From NCBI RefSeq assembly GCF_029029525.1, contig NZ_JAKJSC010000001.1, forward strand, positions 1,802,987-1,834,986: DNA of 32,000 nt. The letters run 5' to 3'. Position numbers and translations under genes: made by a program. Of this stretch, positions 20,653-29,596 are shown piece by piece. This stretch comes from Paralabilibaculum antarcticum (GTDB lineage: Bacteria > Bacteroidota > Bacteroidia > Bacteroidales > Marinifilaceae). A model generated the notes under the pieces. That model was not told the origin of the DNA. It saw only the letters and a list, made by a program, of their open reading frames with translations, and made no database searches. Positions within the stretch are counted from its first letter, which is position 1; each line of letters begins with the position of its first letter.

Positions 20653-21147
20653 ATGAAAAAAATAGAACTATTTATTATTTTATCAGCTTGTTTATCAATA
20701 CTCTTGAAAACACTTCATATCCCATTTAGTGGGGAATTATTAACTATCTCTATAATGATTTTAGCGAATTATTATTTCCTCTATTATTTAGCTGTAAATC
20801 AAGGTTTAGTTTTGCGTTTGAGAAAATTTCTGTTTAAAGAAGTTATTGTTGATTCAATTGAAGTGAAAATAAGCGGTTTTGCATTGCCTTTGCTCCTTAT
20901 CGCAATTTTGTTTAAACTTCAACATTATCCATTTTGGCCAGACCTTTTTATTGTTGGTCTAACTGTAAATTCTATCGGTATAATTATTACAGGATATAAA
21001 CACTTTAAACTTAAGAGTATTTTTTTCTATCATCTTTTTATAAGATTAGTAATAATTGGAGCTATTGCCTTTATTATTTTTATGATGCCAATTAAAAATA
21101 GCAATATAAATGTGAACAACTCTGATGACATTGAGTTACACACCTAA
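20653..21147 (+). CDS. Hypothetical polytopic membrane protein with internal duplication, 164 aa
   Basis: ATG confirmed. The sequence is strongly hydrophobic with about 5 predicted TM stretches. A duplicated motif is present: SILLKTLHIPFSGELL (res 15-30) and AILFKLQHYPFWPDLF (res 84-99). A strong terminator follows. I cannot assign a family with confidence. Confidence 0.6.
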   Translation: MKKIELFIILSACLSILLKTLHIPFSGELLTISIMILANYYFLYYLAVNQGLVLRLRKFLFKEVIVDSIEVKISGFALPLLLIAILFKLQHYPFWPDLFIVGLTVNSIGIIITGYKHFKLKSIFFYHLFIRLVIIGAIAFIIFMMPIKNSNINVNNSDDIELHT

Positions 21148-21187
21148 CTACAATACAATTCTCTTATTCATATCCAAAAAACAGAAT

Positions 21188-21217
21188 AAAAAAGGAGCAC
21201 CAAATGGTGCTCCTTTT
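21188..21217. terminator. Bidirectional rho-independent terminator between convergent genes
   Basis: Perfect 9-bp stem GGAGCACCA/TGGTGCTCC (21194-21213) with a 2-nt loop, A6 on the left and T4 on the right. It lies between the stop at 21147 (+) and the stop at 21241 (-). Confidence 0.8.
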
Positions 21218-21240
21218 CTCTATATATTATTTTGTATAAT

Positions 21241-24200
21241 TTATTTCACATCCTCTTCTATCCATTTAGAACGATTTGGATCTTTAGGAGCATTTACCTT
21301 TTTCATTGGTTTCTCTTTTAATTCTTTCAAAAGCATTTCTACAGCTTTTTGAATGGAAGGATCAATTCCTTTTGCAACCTTATGAGGTTCATCGTAAACT
21401 TCTACATCAGGATAAACACCGATACCTTCGATAATCCACTTCTGATTTTCATCAAAAATACCAAAACGAGGTACGGCAATATAACCACCATCTACTAATC
21501 CGGCATTACCCGACATACCTACAAGTCCACCCCAGGTGCGTGTACCAATAAGCTTTCCAAGTCCTTTCTTTCTAAAATAGTATGGGAAGGCATCTCCCCC
21601 TGAAGACGAATAGTGATTAATCAACATGGCTTTAGGTCCATCATGTGCAATTCCCGGAGTTTGAGTAGGTTCTAAACCTCTACGATGCCAATATGATAGC
21701 ACATTACGATCTAGTAAATCAGCCATATGATCAGGAATAAATCCACCACCATTATAACGGTCATCAATAATCAAAGCTTCCTTATCATGATACGCATACA
21801 TCCCTCGATGCAATTCACGGTTTCCTTCTACTGCAGTATTAGGAACATGAATATAACCAATCTTACCATCTGATAATTTGTTTACAATCTCACGACGCTC
21901 ATTCACCCAGTTCAGATACATCAACTCCAATTCAGAAGCAATCGGCTTAATTGTATACGTTTTTGCTCCTTCGAAATTAGGTTTCGAATTTACGGTGATT
22001 TCAATCATTTTATCAACTGTATTCTCTAAATACATGTAAGGATTTTCTTCCAGACTTAGCTTATGACCATTGATACTTAGAAGGTAGTCTCCTTTCTTCA
22101 CATTCACACCTTGCTCTGTCAATGGAGATCTTCGGTTAGGTGTCCAATTTTCACCTTCAAAAATCTTAGCAATAATATATTTTCCAGTTTTAGGATCTGC
22201 CTTAAGCTTAGCTCCAAGCAGCCCTGTTTCCAACGGTTTTACCTTCTCAAAATCGCCATAATTTACATAAGCATGTCCTGTATTGGTTTCCGAAATAATC
22301 TCACCAAGAATATAATCCAAATCGGCACGATGACTCACGTAGGGAATCAATTGATTGTAGTTCGCTTTAATTTGATCCCAATCAACACCTTGCATATTAG
22401 CAACGTAATAGTAATCGCGGAAAATTCGCCATCCGTCTGTATAGATCTGCTTCCACTCTTTCTTAGGATCAATTTTCATTTCCAGACCATCCAAACTTAA
22501 TTTTCCAGCATCTGCTTTTTGTCCTGCCGATAAATCAGTAATACCATAAGTAGAACCTGCGCGATACATGATTTTATCGCCATTACCAGTAAGAGAGTAA
22601 TTTGAAACTCGATCCAAGATTACATCATCTTTCTTTTTCTCAATTGTATAATGATGTAGCGCTCCACCACTAGTGTATAGAATACCACCATCAACAGCGT
22701 CTAAATTTCTGTAATTTCCTGAAGACAATGGAAAAACTGCAATTCGATTGGTAATTCCTTCTACATCAATAGTAACTTTTATTTTGTCTTCTGCTTTTGG
22801 AGCTTCCTTCTTCGATTTTTTCTTCGAATCAACAGCTTTAGCTTCCTCTTTTACCTCTTCTACATCATTTTTCAAAGCAAATAATTTTGGTCCATCTGCT
22901 TTTAAAGACATGGCAAAAATACGAGTCGCATTATTGTACAAATAGTTGAACTCAAAACTTGAAAAATCAAGATTAAAATCTCTGTTAGAAAGGAAATAGA
23001 TAAAGTTTCCATCCTTAGAAAAAACAGGTGATGAATCCCCAAAAGTATCATCAGTTAACTGATATTTTTTACCAGTAGAAATTTGGTGTACCCAAACTGC
23101 TCCCTGATCGTTTCTGCTATCCTTAACGTAAGTAATCCAATCTGAATCTGGAGAAAAAGAAAAATCTGTTAGTTCGTTACGATTTGCCGTATCAACAACT
23201 TTAAGCTCTCCTTTTTCAACATCTAAATATTTCAATTTTAAGCTGCGATCGAAGAATAACAGGTATTTACTATTTGGTGACCAAGTCGGATTGTACATCC
23301 AATTAGAAGAACCAAAAGTAACTTGCTTTGCCTTTGCTCCTTTTTTATTCTCTAACAAGTAAATTTCGTATTCACCAGTAGCATCGGAGTAGTAAGAAAT
23401 GTATTTTCCATTTGGTGACCAAGATGGAGCCGTTTCACGAACACCTTGTGTTTGCGTAAGATTCAGGCTTGGACCATTCTTTGCTGGAACTGAAAAAATA
23501 TCTCCTCTCGCATCGAACAAAGCTCGTTTTCCGGATGGAGAAACAGCAGATCCTTGAATAAAATCCTTAACATTCGTATAATATGGAAGGATGTTTGGGT
23601 TGTCGAAATTGATGTTTACAATTACACGCTCTTCCTTACCTGTTTCCAGATTTAGCTTGAACAATTGCCCACCATTTTCATAAACCAACTGTCCATTTTC
23701 ACCAGATGGCCACATCACATCAAATGTTTTATGGTGTGTAATTTGGCTAATTTCTTTGGTAGTAACATCATATTTATAGATGTTCAGCTTTAAATCGCGA
23801 TCGGAAGCAAAATAGATTGCATTTTTATACCATGATGGTATTTGATCGGAACCAACAAACTTGGTTATTCTCTCCGACTGATCATTTTCCAAATCATAAA
23901 TCCATAAATCAGCTGCACGTCCACCTTTGTAACGCTTCCAAGTTCTGAATTCTCGACTAATTGGCGCAAAACACATTTTCTTGGCATCAGGTGAGAAAAC
24001 ACCAAATCCACCTTCTGGAATTTGCAAAGCTTCTTCCAGACCACCATCTATGCTTACTTTGTAATAAGTTCCGTTTCGCTCACCAAAAGCAGTACGATTC
24101 ATACGTACCAAAATGGATTTGCTGTCTGGCGTCCAATCTAAAATAGCATTATCGAATCCTCCACGTGGCGGCATCATTCCAACCGAATTGTAATAAGTCA

Positions 24201-24516
24201 ATTGCTTAGGTGTTCCTCCTACAGATGGCATCACATATACTTGACGACTGCCTGAATATTCAGCAGAAAAAGCAATCCATTGTCCATCTGGTGAAATTTT
24301 TGGAAATAGCTCCATTCCTTTGTGCGAAGTTAGTCTTTTGGCATCGCCACCATTAGAATCAACTGTCCAAATATCGCCAGCATATACAAAGGCAATTTGA
24401 TTTTTGTTTACATCAGGATAACGCATTAAACGCACATCCTTCTCTGCATAAGCACTTCCCATCATCCCAAACAGGACTAGACAAAATACCGCAATTCTCA
24501 CATTCAATTTTAACAT
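21241..24516 (-). CDS. Tricorn-protease homologue (S41 family; beta-propellers + PDZ + C-terminal peptidase), 1091 aa, secreted
   Basis: It has an SPI signal (GSAYA|EK). The characteristic opening LMRYPDVNKNQIAFVYAGDIWTV is present. Repeated TolB/WD40-like blades occur (SPDGQWIAFSAEY, SPNGKYISYYSD, SPNSKYLLFFDR, SPDSDWITYVKD, SKDGNFIYFLSNRD). The S41-type C-terminal region reads NHYSSSGGDAFPYYF...GTRTWGGLVG. Confidence 0.92.
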   Translation of the reverse strand: MLKLNVRIAVFCLVLFGMMGSAYAEKDVRLMRYPDVNKNQIAFVYAGDIWTVDSNGGDAKRLTSHKGMELFPKISPDGQWIAFSAEYSGSRQVYVMPSVGGTPKQLTYYNSVGMMPPRGGFDNAILDWTPDSKSILVRMNRTAFGERNGTYYKVSIDGGLEEALQIPEGGFGVFSPDAKKMCFAPISREFRTWKRYKGGRAADLWIYDLENDQSERITKFVGSDQIPSWYKNAIYFASDRDLKLNIYKYDVTTKEISQITHHKTFDVMWPSGENGQLVYENGGQLFKLNLETGKEERVIVNINFDNPNILPYYTNVKDFIQGSAVSPSGKRALFDARGDIFSVPAKNGPSLNLTQTQGVRETAPSWSPNGKYISYYSDATGEYEIYLLENKKGAKAKQVTFGSSNWMYNPTWSPNSKYLLFFDRSLKLKYLDVEKGELKVVDTANRNELTDFSFSPDSDWITYVKDSRNDQGAVWVHQISTGKKYQLTDDTFGDSSPVFSKDGNFIYFLSNRDFNLDFSSFEFNYLYNNATRIFAMSLKADGPKLFALKNDVEEVKEEAKAVDSKKKSKKEAPKAEDKIKVTIDVEGITNRIAVFPLSSGNYRNLDAVDGGILYTSGGALHHYTIEKKKDDVILDRVSNYSLTGNGDKIMYRAGSTYGITDLSAGQKADAGKLSLDGLEMKIDPKKEWKQIYTDGWRIFRDYYYVANMQGVDWDQIKANYNQLIPYVSHRADLDYILGEIISETNTGHAYVNYGDFEKVKPLETGLLGAKLKADPKTGKYIIAKIFEGENWTPNRRSPLTEQGVNVKKGDYLLSINGHKLSLEENPYMYLENTVDKMIEITVNSKPNFEGAKTYTIKPIASELELMYLNWVNERREIVNKLSDGKIGYIHVPNTAVEGNRELHRGMYAYHDKEALIIDDRYNGGGFIPDHMADLLDRNVLSYWHRRGLEPTQTPGIAHDGPKAMLINHYSSSGGDAFPYYFRKKGLGKLIGTRTWGGLVGMSGNAGLVDGGYIAVPRFGIFDENQKWIIEGIGVYPDVEVYDEPHKVAKGIDPSIQKAVEMLLKELKEKPMKKVNAPKDPNRSKWIEEDVK

Positions 24517-24986
24517 TGCAATTTATAAGTTAGTGTGTAAATATTATTTGGTGTAAAATTTCAGACTTCCTCTGCAAGAGATAAGTATGGTAAAACAGCA
24601 TTCTTAATTTTAACTATTCATAATCAATTTTCCCCTAATAGACTTTGTTAATTGGGCTATCCGCCCAAACCTGACTTCATTTTTTGTCGTGAATACAAAA
24701 AACAGAAGCAAAAAAAATCAAGGCTACATTTAAAAAAACTTCCTTATTTACCTCAAAATTAAGTGCGGCCGAGTGATCTTCAAACAAGTTTGAAGCTTCC
24801 CGGTCTTACTAAATCTTAAAGGCAAAACAAAAGCTCTTTAAAATAGATGCCAATCAAGCTGCTTCTAAATAATATTCTAAAAATTAATCAATGATCTTAA
24901 GCCTATCTAAACGAATAAATTAAAACCAATCCTCAACAACGTTTAGGTCGTAATTGATTCATCTTATTAAGTTTTTGTGAAGCTAC

Positions 24987-25021
24987 AAAAAAAGTGACAT
25001 TCCTAAAAAAAGGAATGCCAC
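24987..25021 (-). terminator. Rho-independent terminator at the end of the PUL (after GH97)
   Basis: Stem GTGACATTCCT/AGGAATGCCAC (24994-25021, one mismatch) with an A-rich loop. The plus-strand A7 at 24987-24993 becomes a U-run on the minus-strand transcript. It lies 26 bp past the GH97 stop. Confidence 0.7.
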
Positions 25022-25046
25022 TTTAACACAATAATTATTTTAACGC

Positions 25047-27122
25047 TTATAATTCAATCAAACTAATGGCTGCTCCACCACCTTCAGCCAAATGAAATTC
25101 TAATTTTGAAGTACTGTCAACCTCTTTTTTTATAATCTGAAAGGCTGTAGGATTTTTGTCCCAATGCGCATTTTTGCCATCTAAATATAAAGTTGCCTTG
25201 TATTTCTTTCCTTTTGTAAGAAAATCTAAACTCAGATTCATATCACGTGCATTCTCATCGGTAATTGAACCAATAAACCAATTTTCAGAGTTACGATCTT
25301 TTCGAGCGATAGTCACAAAGTCACCAATCTCACCATTTAGAACTTTTGTTTGTTCCCAATTAACCACAACATCTCGGATAAACTGAAAAGCAGGATGTCC
25401 TTTATAATTCTCTATTAAATCGGGAACCATTTGAATTGGAGAATTCAATACCACATATAAGGCCAGTTGATGAGCCAAAGTTGTATTCACTTGGTTATTG
25501 GCTTTATGAGGCTTTAGTTTAATATTGAAAACACCAGGCGTATAATCAATAGGTCCTGCTAACATACGAGTGAAAGCTACTATCGGCAGATGTTCTGCTG
25601 GATTTCCTCCATCGCTCGACCATGCATTAAATTCTTGTCCGCGCAAGCCTTCACGGGAAATTGCATTCGGGTAAGTACGACGCAAACCTGTTGCCTTTAT
25701 CGGTTCGTGAGCATTTATTGCAACTTTATACTTTGCACCCATTTCCAAAGCTCGGCGATAATGGTTTACCATCCATTGTCCGTGATGATATTCTCCTTTA
25801 GGAATTAACTTCCCCACATAGCCGGTCTTCACTGAATGAATCCCCAACTTATTCATCAGATGGTAAGCTGTATCCAATTGTTGGTCGTATGTACGTGGTG
25901 CTGCTGAAGTTTCATGATGCATAATCAACTCAACACCTTTTTCTTTTCCGTAACGAACCACTTCTGGTAAATTATAATCATCGTAAGCTGTTACAAAATC
26001 GAATACGCCCTCACGATCTTCAAAACCAATCCAGTGTTCCCAACCTGTATTCCATCCTTCCACCAATATTCCACCAATATTATTTTCCGATGCAAAGTCG
26101 ATCAGCTCTTTAGCATACTCTGTGGTTGCCCCATGTTTACCACTTGCCTTATCCCATGTCTTGGTACCCAAATGCATATCCCACCAAATACCTACATACT
26201 TCATTGGTTTGAAATACGAAACATCACCAATCTTATTGGGTTCATTTAGATTTACGATTAAATCTGATTGAATTAGATCACCCGCTTTCTCAGCAATTTG
26301 GATTGTTCTCCAAGGCGTATGAAATGGCAAAGAACGCTTCACCTTATATTTTGTCCTTTCAGATCCCACCAAAGTTGAAACCATTTTCATATTCGTTGTA
26401 TCCACTTTAAGTGTCATACCTGAATAATCCGTCAGATTGGCCTCATGAAAACTTAGGTAAATCCCCTCTTCAGTTTTCATACTTACCGGTGTATTTACGG
26501 CATTATTAGGAATTGAAGTTTGAGCCAGACTAGCATGTCCCCGCAACTTCGTCGCATCAATCTCAGAAAACTTGGTTGTATGATAAAGATGCTCATAAAT
26601 ATCCCAATCTCCCGGAATCCACCATACCTTATGATCTCCGGTTAAATTAAATTCGGTGTTTTCCTCAGCAATCAAAAGCTCTTTCATTGCTTCTTGCTCA
26701 GGGAACTCATATCTAAAACCTATTCCATCATTATAAGCTTTAAACACCAAATTCATTTTTCTATTGGGTGCATTCTCCTCTTCTAATTTTACAATCAATT
26801 GATTGAAATGATCCTTCACTACTCTTTTTTCTCCCCATTGCATCTCCCATGTTGAATTACCTGGCAGCAACTGAGTGCTTGCAATTTTCCACCCTTTATC
26901 AATGGATGGCATATTCTGGAAATCGAAGCCTAATTTTGAAGGTTCGATTATTGGTTTTCCATTGAATGAAACCCCGTAGGTAGATTGTCCTTCTTCCAGA
27001 TAAAATTGAAGACTAATTTTTCCATCTGGTGAATTAACATTTTTCACAAATTCGCCTTTAGCACACGATGCTAATAAGATTGCTAAACCAGCAACAAGGC
27101 AAAGAATTGATTTAAATTTCAT
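25047..27122 (-). CDS. GH97 family glycoside hydrolase (SusB-like alpha-glucosidase type most likely), lipoprotein, 691 aa
   Basis: A lipobox is present (AILLASC). GH97-typical blocks as I recall them are present: KYVGIWWDMH, ILVEGWNTGWEHW, LIMHHETS, VKTGYVG and AINAHEPIKATGLRRTYPNAISREGLRGQEFNAW. It is the last gene of the SusC/D cluster. Confidence 0.9.
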   Translation of the reverse strand: MKFKSILCLVAGLAILLASCAKGEFVKNVNSPDGKISLQFYLEEGQSTYGVSFNGKPIIEPSKLGFDFQNMPSIDKGWKIASTQLLPGNSTWEMQWGEKRVVKDHFNQLIVKLEEENAPNRKMNLVFKAYNDGIGFRYEFPEQEAMKELLIAEENTEFNLTGDHKVWWIPGDWDIYEHLYHTTKFSEIDATKLRGHASLAQTSIPNNAVNTPVSMKTEEGIYLSFHEANLTDYSGMTLKVDTTNMKMVSTLVGSERTKYKVKRSLPFHTPWRTIQIAEKAGDLIQSDLIVNLNEPNKIGDVSYFKPMKYVGIWWDMHLGTKTWDKASGKHGATTEYAKELIDFASENNIGGILVEGWNTGWEHWIGFEDREGVFDFVTAYDDYNLPEVVRYGKEKGVELIMHHETSAAPRTYDQQLDTAYHLMNKLGIHSVKTGYVGKLIPKGEYHHGQWMVNHYRRALEMGAKYKVAINAHEPIKATGLRRTYPNAISREGLRGQEFNAWSSDGGNPAEHLPIVAFTRMLAGPIDYTPGVFNIKLKPHKANNQVNTTLAHQLALYVVLNSPIQMVPDLIENYKGHPAFQFIRDVVVNWEQTKVLNGEIGDFVTIARKDRNSENWFIGSITDENARDMNLSLDFLTKGKKYKATLYLDGKNAHWDKNPTAFQIIKKEVDSTSKLEFHLAEGGGAAISLIEL

Positions 27123-27298
27123 AGTAGTTTTTAGCTAGTTGTTAATAAAACTGAAAAATCCAATAGGAAAAAGATCCTTTGGAGTATAAATTTAAGATGT
27201 TCACCTCAGAAAGGCGAACATCTTTATCTTAAATTTCTAATTTATCCCACCCAAGGCTAATAAGGTGAAATGTCTTTATAAAATGCCTTTCGGCAACT

Positions 27299-28003
27299 TT
27301 AATTCTTGTTTAATTCATATCTAAACTCAGCACCTAAGATTAATTTTACGGTATAGTTACCTGATTCAGGCACCTGAATTGAGCTAGGATCGGATTCCGA
27401 GTCAAATAATCGCAAGGCTAAGCTTCCATCAGTAACACCAAGCTGCGGTGCCCATTGGTCATTTGCTCTAAACTTCAACCATTCATCACCAACTAAATCA
27501 GCTGTAACTGTGTAAACAAACTCTCCATTATCAGATGATTCTAGTGCCATATTGGTATCCTCATCCCAACCGCCAGGTGTTCCACTTCCAATAATTCCCC
27601 AGCTATCAATCGCCACAAAAGAAACTGTTTTTGCAATTGTATCGGAACGGAAAAAATAATTCCCTGGCGTATCGGTAAAAGCAATCGGATCTCCACCAAC
27701 AACAAATTCATCTGCTGAATTCAATCCAAAGACTGTTGAATTGGGTAAATCTGCAGTTGAATTATTTTCATGACTAACAACTAGTGTTCCACTACCCAAA
27801 GCCATATACTTTGTTGCCTGACCTACAACACTTCCATTTACCATTATTGCATTATTCTCAAGACCAGAAAATTGTGTTGCTTCGCCATAAACGAAATAAC
27901 CGTTGTAAATCTCGAGAACCTGAGGAGCATCTACCTCATCGTCGCAAGAGTAACTTAATACACTTACAAATGCGACTAATATCAATATCATTAATTTATT
28001 CAT
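27299..28003 (-). CDS. SusE/SusF-like surface glycan-binding lipoprotein, 234 aa
   Basis: A lipobox is present (SVLSYSC). It sits immediately downstream of SusD (36-bp gap). The C-terminal module WGIIGSGTPGGWDEDTNMAL...EFVYTVTADLVGDEWLKFRANDQWAPQLG resembles the starch-binding repeat of SusE/SusF-type proteins. Confidence 0.68.
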   Translation of the reverse strand: MNKLMILILVAFVSVLSYSCDDEVDAPQVLEIYNGYFVYGEATQFSGLENNAIMVNGSVVGQATKYMALGSGTLVVSHENNSTADLPNSTVFGLNSADEFVVGGDPIAFTDTPGNYFFRSDTIAKTVSFVAIDSWGIIGSGTPGGWDEDTNMALESSDNGEFVYTVTADLVGDEWLKFRANDQWAPQLGVTDGSLALRLFDSESDPSSIQVPESGNYTVKLILGAEFRYELNKN

Positions 28004-28039
28004 TTCAAGTACTTTTAAATCATTAAAATGCTTCTCAGA

Positions 28040-29515
28040 TTAATTCAAATTTGGATTACTATCAATAGCCCATTGTGGAATTGGGAACATATAATTTGCT
28101 TCGGTATCAGGAGCTTTTTCCCACCATGAATCTTTAAAGGTTCCAAAACGAATCAAATCCTGACGACGATGTGCTTCACACCACATTTCACGACCGCGTT
28201 CTGCCAATAAATTATCCAATGTAATATCTGCATCTTCAAAAGCGGTAGCTCCAGCTATTGTTCGCACATCATTTATTTCAGCTTTAGCGATCGCAATACT
28301 TCCTCCTGATTTTTGCAATTCACACTCCGCTTTCATCAATTTAAAATCAGCTAGACGGAAAATAGGAAGGTCGTTGCTTAAATTGTCTTTTACTCCACTC
28401 TTCACTTCGAATTTTACCATACGTGCTCCAGAAAGACGAACTTCAGTAGCTGAATAAGATGCATCAATACGTAAAGCAGGAACCTCTTTTGTGAAAAATA
28501 CAGGTGCGTTTCCCGCATCTACATCAACCAGAGCTTCTCCTGTTGAAGAATATTGTTGACCGAATAACAATCCGGCTAAACGTTGATCACTAGTTTCGAA
28601 AAAATCGACCAAACGTTCCTGTGCGCAGAACCCATTCCAAAAAGTTGTTTGTGCATTGTAAGTCGCAGTATTGGTATAATGCAATGTTCTTCTGTGCAAT
28701 ATAAATCCTTGATAATTATCCTCATCGTAAGGAACTGTGAAGATATTTTCAGGTGAATTTTGATTTTCTGTTACAAAAGGAGCCAATCGATTAGCTTCTA
28801 AAGAATATGGACCAGCAATAATCAAATCGCAATACTCTTCACATTTCTCCCACATTACATTTCCAGTAAAAACTTCTGCATTTAAATACAACTTAGCTAG
28901 CAAAGCATATGCAGTATAAAGATTTACAGAACTTGTTGAAGAACCAGCTAAATCGCCCATTACGCTTTCAATATCAGCAATGATATTATTAAAAATTGTT
29001 GCTCTCGTCTCTTTTTCAGGCATTGCAGGAGCATTTGCAAATTCTGTTACATACGGCACATCACCATAGTTATCGATTAACAAATAGTAATAATAGGCAC
29101 GCAATACCTTCATTTGCGCCACAGCATTTTTAGAAGTTTCAGCATCTCCAAGAAATTCGATGGCTTTGTTACATTCAGTAACACCACTATAGAAATTGCG
29201 CCACATGTTATTCACAAATTCGTGGTTATTATCCCAAGTGTGTGTATGTAAAGTTCTCCATCGTCCACCATCATCCCAGTCGTTACCACGAGTTGGAGCA
29301 ACAATTAAATCTGCAGTAATTTCTTGTGCAAACCACCAACCACCATCAATGTGAGATTGCAATTGCGCGTATGCATTATTTGTTATTAGTTGAGCCTGAA
29401 TTTCATTTTCAGGATATTCTTCTGCAAGTAATTCGCTGTATACCTCATCATTTAAATCGGTACAAGAAGCAAAGAAAGCTATGATTGCAAGAAGACTAAA
29501 TATTTTACAATTCAT
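28040..29515 (-). CDS. susD: SusD/RagB-family nutrient-binding outer-membrane lipoprotein, 491 aa
   Basis: A lipobox is present (AFFASCTDL). The size and TPR-like helical content fit, with typical segments (MKVLRAYYYYLLIDNYGDVPY, LLAKLYLNAEVF, LLAERGREMWCEAHRRQDLIRFG). It lies directly downstream of a SusC-type gene. Confidence 0.9.
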   Translation of the reverse strand: MNCKIFSLLAIIAFFASCTDLNDEVYSELLAEEYPENEIQAQLITNNAYAQLQSHIDGGWWFAQEITADLIVAPTRGNDWDDGGRWRTLHTHTWDNNHEFVNNMWRNFYSGVTECNKAIEFLGDAETSKNAVAQMKVLRAYYYYLLIDNYGDVPYVTEFANAPAMPEKETRATIFNNIIADIESVMGDLAGSSTSSVNLYTAYALLAKLYLNAEVFTGNVMWEKCEEYCDLIIAGPYSLEANRLAPFVTENQNSPENIFTVPYDEDNYQGFILHRRTLHYTNTATYNAQTTFWNGFCAQERLVDFFETSDQRLAGLLFGQQYSSTGEALVDVDAGNAPVFFTKEVPALRIDASYSATEVRLSGARMVKFEVKSGVKDNLSNDLPIFRLADFKLMKAECELQKSGGSIAIAKAEINDVRTIAGATAFEDADITLDNLLAERGREMWCEAHRRQDLIRFGTFKDSWWEKAPDTEANYMFPIPQWAIDSNPNLN

Positions 29516-29596
29516 CTGTTATAATTTTCATGTTAAAACCAGGTTTAATGGCTATTTTTAAAAGCCTATTATTCTCTGGATGCACTAATAATTTGC

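Noticed and set aside
20606-20656. 16-codon upstream ORF (MRKNILNVKINPKQDL*) whose TGA overlaps the ATG of the 164-aa membrane-protein gene (ATGA).
   Set aside because: Short ORFs like this arise easily by chance in AT-rich spacers. I see no leader-peptide-style codon run and no alternative hairpins. The overlap is worth a look only if Ribo-seq data exist.
21125-21352. 75-aa plus-strand ORF running from the end of the membrane-protein gene into the tricorn gene.
   Set aside because: It reads straight through the strong bidirectional terminator at 21188-21217 and overlaps the 3' end of the tricorn CDS on the opposite strand. It is most likely an artefact.
14980-27224. Two hairpins share the arm GATGTTC/GAACATC: the terminator at 14980-15005 and the intra-PUL hairpin at 27194-27224.
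   Set aside because: Only 7 bp are shared, and the loops and flanks are unrelated. I treat this as coincidence. The much longer match between the 18226 and 21188 terminators is a different case.
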